Positions 11,737 through 23,908 of a stretch of DNA of 64,000 bases are shown in pieces. The DNA is from Azolla caroliniana (lineage: Eukaryota; Plantae; Polypodiophyta): contig JBHGNT010000004.1 of assembly GCA_043228905.1 (NCBI GenBank), positions 16,058,001 to 16,122,000 on the forward strand, written 5' to 3'. Both the position numbers and the translations under genes were made by a program. How positions within the stretch are numbered: the first letter of the stretch is position 1; every line of letters begins with the position of its first letter. The notes under the pieces are model-generated. The model was given only the letters and a program-made list of their open reading frames with translations. It had not been told where the DNA came from and made no database searches.

Positions 11737-14543
11737 CTAGCGAAACCCAGAGAGCCCTAGAGTTGAATATCGGATGGGGAGGGATGAAGAGACTAATGGA
11801 AGAAGCGGCGGTGCGCCACACAGAGAACATCCACTACTCGGCGTCGGCAGGAATCTGGTCAGGAGAGACGAAGGCCGGAAGACAAAAGACTCTGGGTTCT
11901 GGCTGGTGGTACTAGAAGGCCTCTCTGGTGTACGGTTGAAAAGGGAGGAAGCGGACCGTGTAGAAAGACGGGTCTAGGAGGTCACCGGGTGGAGCGATCC
12001 GGTTGAAGAAAAGACCGGCTTTGTCAAAGCCGTGTGCCAGAACTACGAGGTTCTGGTAGAGACAAGCGTGCGGGAAAGGCTGGAGGGGCCGGATCTTCGC
12101 AAAGGTACGATACCCGATTCGGGCCGAAGCAGAATGACGCCGGTGCTGCTAGGACACCAGATAAAGCAAAGAAAGCCGGCTACCAATTGAGCACGGATAT
12201 AGAAAGAATGACAGACCTACGGAAGGTCCTTGAGGAACAAATCCTCGACAGCAAGATAGAGCTATCGTTGAGGGAAGTGCTCGGGATCTCCAAGAAAGAA
12301 TTCCATGACTCCATCGTGGACTTGGTGAAGCGGAAAAGACTTTCAACAGAGCCGGAGCCGGAGAGGCCGGTGGAGGTGCGAACGACGCACCTAGAAGACA
12401 TGGCCCTGGAAGACGAGTTGGCGGAAAGCCACTATGCAAAGCGGCACTGGGCAAGAGCCACTACAGAGACCCCGGTTTGGATCGGGGACGCCTAGGAGCC
12501 GGTGGTAGCATTAGTAGACCACAGTTCGGAAATCAGCCTAATGTCTATGGACTTCTACAAGAAAGGAAAGTGGTTGATCAACACCAAGCATGGGTGGAAA
12601 ATACGAGCGGCGACGTGCGCCACGGAGGAGCTACATGGGGCCTGCCCGAATGTGCGAATGAAAATCGGTGATGTCGAGATCGACAAACACGTCTTCGTCT
12701 AGGAGACATCCTCGCATCTAGTGATACTCGGAGAAGCGTACATTACGGCAGCACGTATGGAGACAAAAGTGTTGGATAACAATTCGGCGTATGCACGCAT
12801 GAAGAGCCAAGATGGACGACACTCCATCGAATTCCTGACCATGCAACTGAACCATGAGCGCAATTGCGAGACCCTCGGCAGCGAAAGAAGAGGGGATTTT
12901 TGGAGGGCTATCAAGGCGTGGGGCCGCGATAGTCCGGACACCTCGGAGGATCCCCACACATGTACCATAGGTCGGAATTTTTGGTTTTCCAATAGCGGAG
13001 GTTGTACGATAGCCGGCATCATTGGCCGGGAGAAGAAGTGCGCGGAGGAACGACTCAGGATACGTGGAGTCCTCGCCCCCGATGAGGAAATTAGCAGCAC
13101 CGTGGAGGCGGTCTCTTTCGACGACACCCTCGAGGAAATTGGGAAGGTGATCGATGAAGGCCTCATTGATGACCGGATGATTCCGGTTAACTCGGTGGAA
13201 ATGTACGGAGTCATTACTGATTTCGGGGAAAGGCTCAAGTCGGATCGGATGGCCTGCGTGCATACGAGGTACAAGACTGTGGACCGGAAGGTGAGGCCAG
13301 TTGCGGCACCCTTGCCGAAGGGCAGCGGTTTACGGATGAAAGGGGTCACGTCTGACCCAAGTCTACGGGATCTGGCCGGTATAGGACACCGGTTCGCCAG
13401 TACAACGCTACAGGAGCTCATGTTTGGTGGGGGTGGTTTTCTACTACCGGCGAAGGAGGAACGGTTTCGGAGGCACGGGAAGGCCTTCGCATTCTCTCTA
13501 GGAGAGATTGGGTGCGTGGACCCGACGGTCGTTGAGCCAATGGCTATTTTTACGATACCGCATGCGCCGTGGAATCTCAAACCTATTCCAGTACCCAGAG
13601 CTCACATCCTAAAGCTTATGGAGCTGCTAAAGCAGAAGGTGGAGATGGGCATCCTCGAACCGTCGAGTGCCCCATACTCGAATCGGTGGTTTATTGGGCC
13701 TAAGAAGAATGGCACATTGCTCTTCATTCAGGACCTACAGCCGGTCAATAAAGTGACCATTCGGAATGCAAGAGTTGGACCGACAATCGACGAGTTTGTA
13801 GAGGCCTTCGCCGAGAGGTCGATCTAGTCGGTCGGGGATCTATACTCAAGGTACGACAAGTTCCAACTAGCTGAGGAGAGGAGGGATGTCACGACAATGC
13901 GGAGCCCTCTCAGATTAGTACGGATGTGTACCCTACCACATGGGGGGACAAACTCAGTGGCACACATGGTCAATGCGATGAACAAGGTGTTGAGGGACTA
14001 CATACCGGACCTCACCATGCCGTTTCTGGACGATATACCGATAAAGGGGTGCCCGGTGGAGGATAAGGATGAAACTGTTGGGCCGGACGGATGCCAAAGA
14101 TTCTTGGCGCACCACAATGAAGATTGTAAGAAGGTACTGCAAAGGCTAGGGGGTGCACGGCTCACCCTCTTCGGAGAGAAGTCAGCTTTCAAGCAACCAG
14201 ATATCCTTGTGGTCGGTCATCTGTGCGGGCCTTATGGCCGGAAACCGTCTCCGGCAAAGGTAGAGGCCATCTCCGCAATGAAGGAAGAACACATGTCGGT
14301 TACGGAGGTGCGGAGGTTCCTGGGGGCATGCACGTTCTATCACATTTGGATCCCGCACTACACACACATCCCGGGGGTAGGGCAGATGCGATACTTGGTG
14401 CTGGCGCGAGAAGACTTGAAGAACCAAGTGGAGGGCCGCGCATTACAGAATAAGACAACTGCAGCGGTGTGCCAATTCCTGATTGAGGAGGTGGTGTGCC
14501 CGGTGGTGTACCGGTACGGGTGTGTAGGGAAGATCGTGGCAGA
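11737..14543 (+). pseudogene. pol: E1 gag C-terminus, protease, RT, fused by deletion to integrase
   Basis: VALVDHSSEI, YSNRWF..KKNG, LPHGGTNS, FLDD; HIWIPHYTHI|PGVGQMRYL junction near 14370. Confidence 0.88.
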
Positions 14544-14986
14544 TGTTAATCCTTAGGGCTGGACAATGGCCTAACACAGGGTGTCTCCGGAAGACACTTC
14601 ACCAAAGGGTGTTACGGCGAGATAACTTAAGACACAACGATTACTTCGACTTAATTAACTACTTAGCAATAAGGCATACACTTAATACACGCGTAAGATA
14701 TAACAATTAATTCAGAACGGTAATCAATACGTGAATATAAAACAAGAAGCTTATATTAATTCTCCGTTCAAGTTATACATTGTAACCGGGCCTTTATATA
14801 GGTCACCGGTGCTGCGTACAAAACGGTGCCAACCGGCACTTGTTCGGAATTGGTCTGGATCCGGATTGGCATATTGCGGTCCGTCCGTTCACTACATAAT
14901 TATAAGCTAATCCACTTAATTAAATATATTCCGAATAAGCATCCCTTTCACATTCTGGTCTCTACTCGTTTGCCGGCCGGGTAACA
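14544..14986 (-). repeat. B2 3' LTR (443 bp)
   Basis: Direct repeat of 23462-23908; TGTTA...TAACA termini. Confidence 0.95.
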
Positions 14987-14988
14987 CA

Positions 14989-15029
14989 TGGCACGCCCGT
15001 GGGACAGTACCTTGTACGTCGAATGCCAC
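14989..15029 (-). other. tRNA-3'-half-like stem-loop ending in CCA at the PPT position of B2
   Basis: Sense strand GTGGCATTCG-ACGTAC-AAG-GTACTGT-CCCACGGGCGTGCCA-TG|LTR; no purine run. Confidence 0.75.
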
Positions 15030-15039
15030 TATCCGGCCC

Positions 15040-17420
15040 TTAGCCTTCGTCCAAGATGTCCAGAATACCCCGCTCCAGGGTATCCAATGGTTGTTCGGAA
15101 TTCGGTTGTTGTTGTTGTTGTTGCGGTGGTTGCGACTCCTCCGACTGTTGCTCCTGAGCGGGTGTCTGTTCGGCTCCCGGTACCGGCGGTTGTGGCGGTG
15201 ATTCCTCCGTTAGCTGCTCTGCCGGATTTGACTCCGGTTGACTCGTCCCGACCTTGTCTCCGTCTGGTCCTTGCTCCGGTGATGGCTCCTCATCGCTGAG
15301 GTTGACGGTCACCACCTGCTTTGCTTTTTCTCTCCGTAGCCTGGTCTGCTCAAAGCTCTCAAATTGGATTTGAGCATCCAGTCGATCATCATCTAGTTGG
15401 GCTACAAGTTGTCGGACCACTGCTGCCTGCTCCTCCGCTAGAGTTATAAAATCTTCAGCTAACTCCTCTCTGACGGCGGTGAAGTCCTCCTTCGTTAGCA
15501 TGTAGCAGTGGTTGCCATCCTTGTGCCGGTTTTCCGCGCCTCCCCGTAGCAACTCGAGCTCGGTTGTGTGCTTTGCCCATTTGTCCCACCATTGCGTGGA
15601 GCTTTCGTGAATCAAGCGTTTGTTCTTGTTCCTCCATTCCTGGACAATGAACTGGATCCGCTCCAATCCCATCTTTGATTTGTCCTCCGCGGCTTGCCGT
15701 TCGTCTTTCAACTGCTTGATGAGTGCCACCGTATCCACCGCCTGCTCCCGGTAATGTGACAGTTGGGTTTGATAACTGTTCTACAGCCTTTGCAAGATCA
15801 TCATCGCTCTTTCCTTCTCTTCATAATGTTGCTTTCTTCAAGTCCCACTCTCGGGTGCGTAATGCTTCCTGTGCGGCCAGTTCATCTCTTAATTCAGCAA
15901 GCTCTTTTGCTTGCGCCGCCACTATCTCCGGGACTGTTTCCGTCTCCGGGGTCTTATTGCTATGTACAGGTGCTGGTGCTTCTTTATTCTATACATCGAC
16001 CGGGGTCACCAATGCTTGGATCTGTGCTCCAGTTAAGGCCATTTTGGCCAATTCTTCTGTGACCAGGTCCAAGTCTTGTTCTAGGCTCCGGATCCTTGAC
16101 CGGGCCGTCGCTAGTTCTCCGTTTGTGACGAGCAACCGATCCATTTGTGCTTTCTCTTCCGCCTCTATGTAGTGTACCACTCCGGCAATCTGTTCTCCAA
16201 TCCACCGTAGCAATTGGCTACCAGTGCCCTGTTGTTGCGTCTGCCCGGAGCGTTGGCTGTTGGTGTCACTGGCCAGTGGTCGGTTTTGTCCAGTTGTGTC
16301 GAGCTGCAACTCTGGCTCTTGTTGGTGACCACTTTCTCGTTCTGGTTGCGGCTCCGATGGCCGCTCTACTTCTGAATGCTCTTGGCCTACCGGTGGGGTC
16401 GGTAACTATACTTCAGACGCTTGCATATTGGGTCTTGCCGTATCCTGACCCACCGGTAGAGGTTGTTGTGCAGGGGGCTCTGTGGCCGGTTCTGTCCGAA
16501 CCGATTCCGGTTCCATCCCTGGTGCGGGCTGCTCAAGGCGGGGTACAGGCGTTCCATCCTTCTTTGGGTCCGAACGCTCCCCGGCATGTTCGGAGGTGCT
16601 TGCCTTCTGGCACCGGTGGAGGTGCTCTAACGGTTCCTCCTCCGTTTCCTCCTCCTGAGTCCCGATGTTGATTTTCGCTGCCAAGGGGTTCGGTGCTTGT
16701 TGAACTGGTCGGCGAAGCCTGATCTTAATTGGCCACACCTGTGGCTCCTCCCGCGTTTCCGCCTGCCGCTTCCTGTTGGCGCGCTCCTTTGCCGCCTGGT
16801 CCGTGTCGGCCGCCTTCCCTTTGGTTGCCTTAGACGCCAACAACTGTTGTCGTTTAGAGGCCGCTTCCCCGCTTCGTGTTCTTGACGGGCTCGATAGGTG
16901 GCGCCAATAGAGTGAGCCATTGCGCCACCGCCGTCCATATCTTCCAACCCTCTTTGCCTCTGACAGAGTCGATGGCCGCACAGAGGCCATCCACAATCGG
17001 TACCGCCCAGTCCACCTTCATGCCTTCATATGTGGTTATGATTAAGCCGACCCGGTTCTGGGGCATGCAGGGGGGTCAAGGGTATACATGTCCGAATTCA
17101 TGGAGCACCCGGGCAATCTCTCGAAAGAGAGGATCTTTGCCGCCCTGTGTCCGGTAGGCCTTGCTTGCCAGAGAGTATTCCCCAAAGTATTTTCGGAGCT
17201 GTTCTGGGGTAGGGTTGTCGATAGTGAAGATTTCCCCTTTCGGAAGGCCAATCAACGCATGGATGGCCTCCTCACTAATCAGCTCCGTGTCGATTTCTTT
17301 GATTATCTTCTCAGCCTCCCGGTGCGGTGGCACCTCCATGATGGTGAGGAAACCCTCTAAGCCGTGTTGCCTTAGCCACTTCTTGGCTGCTTCAGAGAGT
17401 TCTTGGCAGTCGATGGCTTC
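15040..17420 (-). pseudogene. B2 extra ORF remnant (frameshifted)
   Basis: ORFs 17076-17339, 16854-17066, 16406-16996, 15989-16309 and 15040-15738 are colinear with the B1 and C extra ORF. Confidence 0.85.
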
Positions 17421-17772
17421 GTCGAGGTCGGTGAGCGCTGGTGAGGGTTGTGTGTGAGGAGTCTCTGTGTGTGGGTCTGTGTCTACTGATCTTCAATCGC
17501 CTGTTTGCGTTTGTGCTCCTCTGTTCGCGAAATGTGAGGGTTTCTATGTGGCGGGGGTCTTCTTGTTGCATGTTGGCGCCTGCTTTGTTTTTTCTCATTA
17601 CTCGCGCATATGCACGTCGTGTACTAAAATAGAATGACGTGCCCTATGGTGGCGGTTTAATAGCCTATTAATAGCCCACTACGTACCTTTTCAAAGTGCC
17701 TGCTCACTCCTTTTTGCATGTGTCCGTTCACCCCTCGCCCTTGCATGATTTACTTTGATTTGATTTGATTTG

Positions 17773-17834
17773 TTCTTCTTCTTCTTTTTCTTCTTCTTCT
17801 TTCTCTTTTTTTTTCTCTTTTTTTTTTTTTTTTT
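17773..17834 (-). repeat. 62-nt pure purine (A/GAA) tract between pol and extra ORF of B2
   Basis: Uninterrupted pyrimidine run on the + strand. Confidence 0.9.
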
Positions 17835-17919
17835 GATAAATGGTTTTGCTAATTAGCAACCAGTTCCACTGGACCCCTATCCGGATTGTGATCCTTGCCG
17901 GACACTGACCGCTTGGTGA

Positions 17920-20900
17920 CGCTTCCGGATTGTATGGTTTGAGTCGGAACCCGTTGACCCATTTACCCAGAACCTCGCCGCCGAGTGTCCCTAATTGGTA
18001 GGAACCGTTGAACTCTCGCGTAATCCAATATGGTTCCACCGAAACCGTATCTTTCCCAGCATCTTACCCATTTGGGTCTGGAACACGAGTATGGGCTTAC
18101 TGATGTCGAACATCTTTTCGTTCCCTTTTCGGTGACGATCCACGAACGTGTTCCTTCGCCGCTGCTCTAGTTCTAGGTGTATGATGATGGATGGCCGGTG
18201 TTCTTCCAATTCGCACAACGCGTTTAACCGGATAGCTTCCGATTCCTTCTCATTTAGGCGTTCCCGAATCTGTATTCGTAAACTCGGAACTTGGAACTCT
18301 ACCGGCATCACTGCTTCTAATCCGAATGCTAAGCGGAACGGTGTTGTGCGGATACTTGTTTTATATGTCGTTCGGTAGGCCCAGAGTGCATTGTGCAGCT
18401 TTGTATCCCAATCCGTCTGGTTCTCATTGATGATTTTCCACAGGATATTCTGTAGTGTTTTATTTGTTGACTCTGCTAATCCGTTGGCTTGCGGATAACA
18501 GGGAGTGTTTCGTTTGTGCACCACCGCATAAAATGTCATCAAAGTTTCCACTACTTGCCCTAAGAAGTGCCCACCTTGGTCACTTATGACCTCTATCGGA
18601 CATCTATATTGGCACCAGATGCATTCATATAAAATTTTTGCCGTGGATGCCACGGTGTTGTCGCTTAGTGCTTTCGCTTCCACCCATTTCGTGCAGTAAT
18701 CCGTAGCGACGATCACGTACCAGTTGCCGGTTCTTATTGCCGGTGGTTTGAACGGACTGACAAAATCTAGCCCCCATTTCTGAAATGGTTCTATCGGTAG
18801 CACGAGCTAGTGAGGCATTCTAGCTTGTTCGGTTGGTTGCCCCATTCGTTGACATAGGTCGCATTCTTTAGCGTACCGGATTGCATCTTTCAATGTGGTC
18901 GGTCACCATAGTCGACTCTGCCATATTTTCCTTGCCGTAGCGTCTTCGGCATAATGTCCTCCGGCCACGCCGCAGTGTGCCTCACGCAATATTACTTCCT
19001 TTTCGTCACTGCGCACTGCACGCCGCCATATGCCATCTGCGCCTTTGTGGTACAGTGTGTCCTGCAATAGACAGAAGTGCCGGCTTTGAACCACTAAGCG
19101 TTTCCTTTCGTCTCTATTCATCTCCTCCGGAGGTAAACCGGTGCTCAGAAATTGGTGCATGTTGGTGAGCCACTTGTCTTCCTTTGCGACCAAACTATCC
19201 ATTGCCATTTCTGTTGTGACTCTAAATAGCTCTGCATCCGGAAAGTCGTATGGGACTTCGTCACCGGTTTCGCCGGAATCCAGCCGACTTAAATAGTCTG
19301 CTGCCACATGCTATATGCCGGGTCGGTGGAATATCTCGAACTCAAATTCTTGTAGTAGTAACGTCCACCGAGCCAGCTTACCGTTGAGTGATGCTTTGGA
19401 CACCAAATAGAGGAGCGCCGAATGATCTACGTGAAAGGAAAATTTCCTTCCCAACAGATAGTGTCTAAACTTGGTGACACTGTAGATCATACCCAAAGCC
19501 TCCCTTTCCATCGTGGAATAATTACATTCCGCTTGGGACAACTTCCAGCTGGCATAATAGACTAGCTGGTACCATTTTGGTTCTGTCAGTTGCATCAGTG
19601 CGCTCCCGATTGCAATGTCGGACGCGTCTATGAACACATGGAACTCTTTGGACCAATCTGGAGGTTGCACCACCGGCGCTTGTGACAACAGTACTTTTAG
19701 TGCCCGGTAAGCCTAGTCTTCTATGTCCGTCCATTGGAACGGTGTCAAATGTACTGCGGCATGCAGTGGTGTAGCCAGGTTTGCCAGATATCGGAGCATT
19801 CGGCTATGCCACCGAATTTGTCCTAAGAACCGGCTTAGTGCCTTTGCCATGGTTGGTGCCGGTGCCTCCAGGATTGCTTTTACTTTGTCCGGATCCACTG
19901 TGATACCGTCCTTGCTGACTATGTGGCCCAGTAACGCCCCGCTGGTTACTCTGAACACGCATTTTGCCGGGTTCAGGCTTAGTCGGTAAACCCTACATTT
20001 TCTAGGCATAGTCGGAGGTGTTGAAGGTGATCCCCTTCCTGGCTATAAACAACGAAGTCATCCAAGAACACCTGCATGAATGCCGGAATGAATTCCCCGA
20101 AAATTTCCATGATGATCCGCTGGAAGGTTGCCGGTGCTGTTTTCAGTCCGAACATCATCACTACGGCAACAAAGACTCCCCATTCGGTGACAAAAGCGAT
20201 TTTCTCCTGGTCGGCGGGGTGCATCCGGATCTGATTATAGCCGTTGAAACCATCCAGAAAACTGTACACCTTATGACCGGCGACCACATCCAGGACTCCA
20301 TCTGTGAATGGAAGTGGGAAGGCGTCTGTTACCGTAGCCGCATTCAATTTCCGGTAGTCGACACACACTCTGATCTTATCGTTCTTTTTGGGTACTACGA
20401 CTATCGGGCTGAGCCATGTGGCTTTCTTTACCGGTCGGATGAAGCCCACTCTTATCAACTTGTCGATTTCTTCTGTGACTTTTGCTGCATAATTCGGGTT
20501 CATCCGGTAACATCATTGCGCTACCGGTTTGGCGTCTTTACTCAAATGTATTTGGTGTTGATATAACTGAGGATCGAGTCCCGGCATGTCCTCGTAGGAC
20601 CAGGCGAACACATCGCGAAATTCTTTTAGGAGTGTGATCATTGCCGTTTTGTTCTCCAAAGTCAGTTCCTTTGCGATGTGCACCGGTCTTGTGTCCTCTG
20701 TGGTACCTAGGTTTACCTCATCTAGTTGGGATGCTTTCACGCATTGTGATACTGCCATTTCTTTCTCCAGTGCCTCTTGTGCTTGTCGTAATTCCCGGAT
20801 TGCTTCTTTATCTGGTTCCTCGTCGATCCCGTCCGGTTGCAGTATATATGGTGACACTGCTTCGGCTACATCAATCTCGAACAAAGGTACGATCTTCGGA

Positions 20901-23410
20901 TTTTCCTGTAAGTATTGATCGACCTCTTCGTCTGCCAATCCTTCCAGCATGTTGACACATTCCGCATATAGCGGCGTTGATTCCTTGCCGGTCCCGGATC
21001 GTGGTTGAGTTGGTACTCGTACTTTCGCTTTTCCACGCCAGAACGTAATTATATTCTTCCTCCAGTTTTGCTTTATGTGTGTTGTTTTTAACCAAGGGCA
21101 TCCCAAAAGTAGTGGGTATGCTCCCTGAGCCTTTAACTGGAGAACTACTGCGGAAATGCGAAATGTGTGACCCCGGATGGTCACTTCCAGATCGCGTATT
21201 AATCCGGTCGGCCGTATTGAGCTAGTGTCTGCCATCCGACGCCAAAACGGGTACGGTTCCCAGTCCTGGATTCCTAGGTTGTTACATGTTCAGAGGCTGA
21301 TCACCTTCACGCCAGATCCTCCATCGATAATCGTGCCGGGTAGCTCCTTTCCCTTCACGATGGTTGTGATTGCTGGACTGCTTGTGTCCACCAATGCCGG
21401 TCCTTCCTCCGGATTTGAAAAGAATGCTGGAGGTGGTTGTGTGTCAGCTGTCGTCCTTCCGGTCTTCAGTCCTTCCGTGAACCGTGGTACCAGTTGCAAT
21501 AGCCGGCCTAACGGCAGCGTGATTTGGCATTCTTGTAACGCCTACCATGTTGGGTTTTTGGGTTGCCCCGGGCCGGCGAGTTCTTCGGCATTCTCCTTTT
21601 GTTGTTCGAGCTCTATCGCATTCCACTCATATGCCTTCTTCACCCATTCGGTTGCCTGCTTCCGGATGGCTTCTTGAGTTTCCCACTCCGTAGGTTTGCC
21701 TTTTGATCTTGTAGTGACTTGTTGTAGGTCCGCGACTTCCGCGTCTACCATGTTCACCGTTGATCGCTTGTCGTAGCTCTTCGCCGGACATTGATTACTA
21801 TAGTGGCCCTCTTGCCGGCAATAATAGCAGTACAGCTTCTGGGCGTTGCTGGATTCAACGTGTGTGCTTGGTGGCAGACCAGGGGCAAGTGCTTGGTTTT
21901 GGTCTGGTTGGCTGCTCGGAGCGCCCTTTTCCGGTTCTCATGGATGACCCCCCTTTTCCGGTATCTATCCTGTCTATCATACCGGTCATACGTGTCTCTT
22001 CGGTTGCTATACCGGACATCTTGTGCCGGCCGGTAGCGCTCCTCTCGCCGCCAGCGTTCTACTTCTTCCTCCCGGTTGCTCCGTGGTTCAATTTGCCGGA
22101 CCGGTGGTGCTTGTCGATTTAACAAGTTATACTCACACCGTTCCATTGTGTGACTTCTGGAGTGGCAGAGCAAGCATTGGGAATGCATGGTGCATTCCAG
22201 GCTCACCGAATGTCCGGCATTCAGGCATATCGTACATTGAACTGCTTGTCGGAAACAAAGGTCCTCTTCTGTCGGTAGTGTACACTGAAGTGCACCCATG
22301 GTTAGCCATGAACTCAAGTTTTCCATTTCCCGAACTCGGTCAATCACTTGATCTATGTTGTTGGTGCGGAAATCGATGACGGTGCACACCGTCTGTAAGG
22401 GTTCCCGGAGTCCTCCTAAGAATATGGCTTTTGTTTCTTCCTCCGGTGGTGTCCGGCTGAGCTGACTGTGGATCCGCTGGAACCGGATGACAAACTATTG
22501 GATGTTCTCCGTTGGTTCCTGCCGGATATTGTAAAATAACCCGACCATTTCTCACTGGTCCATCTCCTTGTGGAAGAAATGCAAGAATTTTGTCTTTAAT
22601 GTTTCAAACGTGGGGATGGTGTTGGGATCCTGTGTTCGGTGCCATCTAGCGGCCGGTCCCTCCAAGGTCATGCCGAACTCTACCCATTTTGAGCGTTCCT
22701 CTTCGGCTGCATTTAAGCGTTGGGACACATGGTTTGCTTCCCAGGTCTGCTGAAACGCATGGACGTGGGCTTCCGCGTCCAGATCATCCCGGTATCTGGG
22801 ATATTGGAACGACATATCGTCGTCCGGTGTCGGTACACGGGCTGGTGGTGTCGGTGGTCGTTCCTCCTTTGGTGGTGTCAGAGGTTTTCCCCGGTCTTCT
22901 GTCGCCGTCGGAGGTTTTTCCTACTCCTCTTGTGGTGTCGGAGGCTTCTCCTCCTCGACTTCCGGTATCAGAGGTCTCTCGTCGTCGACTTCTGGTACCG
23001 CAGTTTCCAGCCTTGTCGATTTTGGTTCTGGTGTCGGCAAAGTATCCGACTCCTCATCCTCTGGTCCACCTGGGGTGTCGTTACTGCTGCGGTAGTTCGT
23101 CTGCGCGTTGTATTCCCCGTCCGAACCTGATTCAAATGCCGAAAATGCTTCGGATTTGCCTTCCCCCACTGCCAATGCCTGGAGAAGGGATTTTGCTTCC
23201 CGGAGGCTGCTTAAGCTGCTTCCTTCGTCCGGGTAGGTGTTTTGTGGTAGTCGAAGTGATTCCTTGACCACTCTCCGAATCACTTTGGAAAATGAGCGAT
23301 CCGTTCTAATTTCTTCGGCCGCTTGCTGGAAAGCCTGTCGCTTCCTCAGCCGTTCATCAAGTCGCCTTGCTCGCTCCATAACCGGGTCATTCGTTGATTG
23401 CGTCATCCAT
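17920..23410 (-). pseudogene. pol: B2 gag-pol, disrupted
   Basis: ORFs 22552-22815 (gag), 21290-21499 (protease), 19979-20503 (RT), 19311-19688 (RNase H), 18903-19307 and 17991-18803 (integrase). Confidence 0.93.
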
Positions 23411-23443
23411 TCCCGCTATTGTTCGCTGCGATTGTGCAGGAAT

Positions 23444-23454
23444 TGTGGTCACCA
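23444..23454 (-). other. B2 primer-binding site, tRNA-Arg(UCG)-like
   Basis: TGGTGACCACA, 7 nt downstream of the 5' LTR. Confidence 0.7.
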
Positions 23455-23461
23455 AAAACTA

Positions 23462-23908
23462 TGTTAATCCTTAGGGCTGGACAATGGCCTAACACAAGGT
23501 GTCTCCGGAAGGCACTTCACCAAAGGGTGTTACGACGAGATAACTTAAGACACAACGATTACTTCGACTTAATTAGCTACTTAGCAATAAGGCATACACT
23601 TAATACACACGTAAGATATAACAATTAATTCAGAATGGTAATCAATACGTGAAGATAAAACAAGAAGCTTATATTAATTCTCCGTTCAAGTTATACATTG
23701 TAACCAGGCCTTTATATAGGTCACCGATGCTGTATACAAAACGGTGCCAACCGGCACTTGTTCGGAATCGGTCCAGATCCGGATCGGCATACCGATTCCG
23801 GTTCGTCCATTCACTACATAATTATAATCTAATCCACTTAATTAAATATATTCTGAATAACCATCCCTTTCACATTCTGGTCTCTGCTCCTTTGCCAGCC
23901 AGGTAAGA
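23462..23908 (-). repeat. B2 5' LTR (447 bp; terminal TG mutated to TC)
   Basis: Direct repeat of 14544-14986. Confidence 0.95.

Larger units (their letters stand above)
14544..23908 (-). mobile_element. B2: full-length tRNA-Arg-primed gypsy element with extra ORF
   Basis: LTRs 14544-14986 and 23462-23908, perfect TSD GCAGA (14539-14543 / 23909-23913), host integrase rejoins as KIVAD|RGELDA. Confidence 0.95.

Noticed and set aside
12699-13580. Long antisense ORFs (12699-13580, 1909-2634, 55670-56443, 62767-63333 and similar)
   Set aside because: Shadow frames of GC-rich gag/pol sequence with no recognisable motifs or independent conservation.
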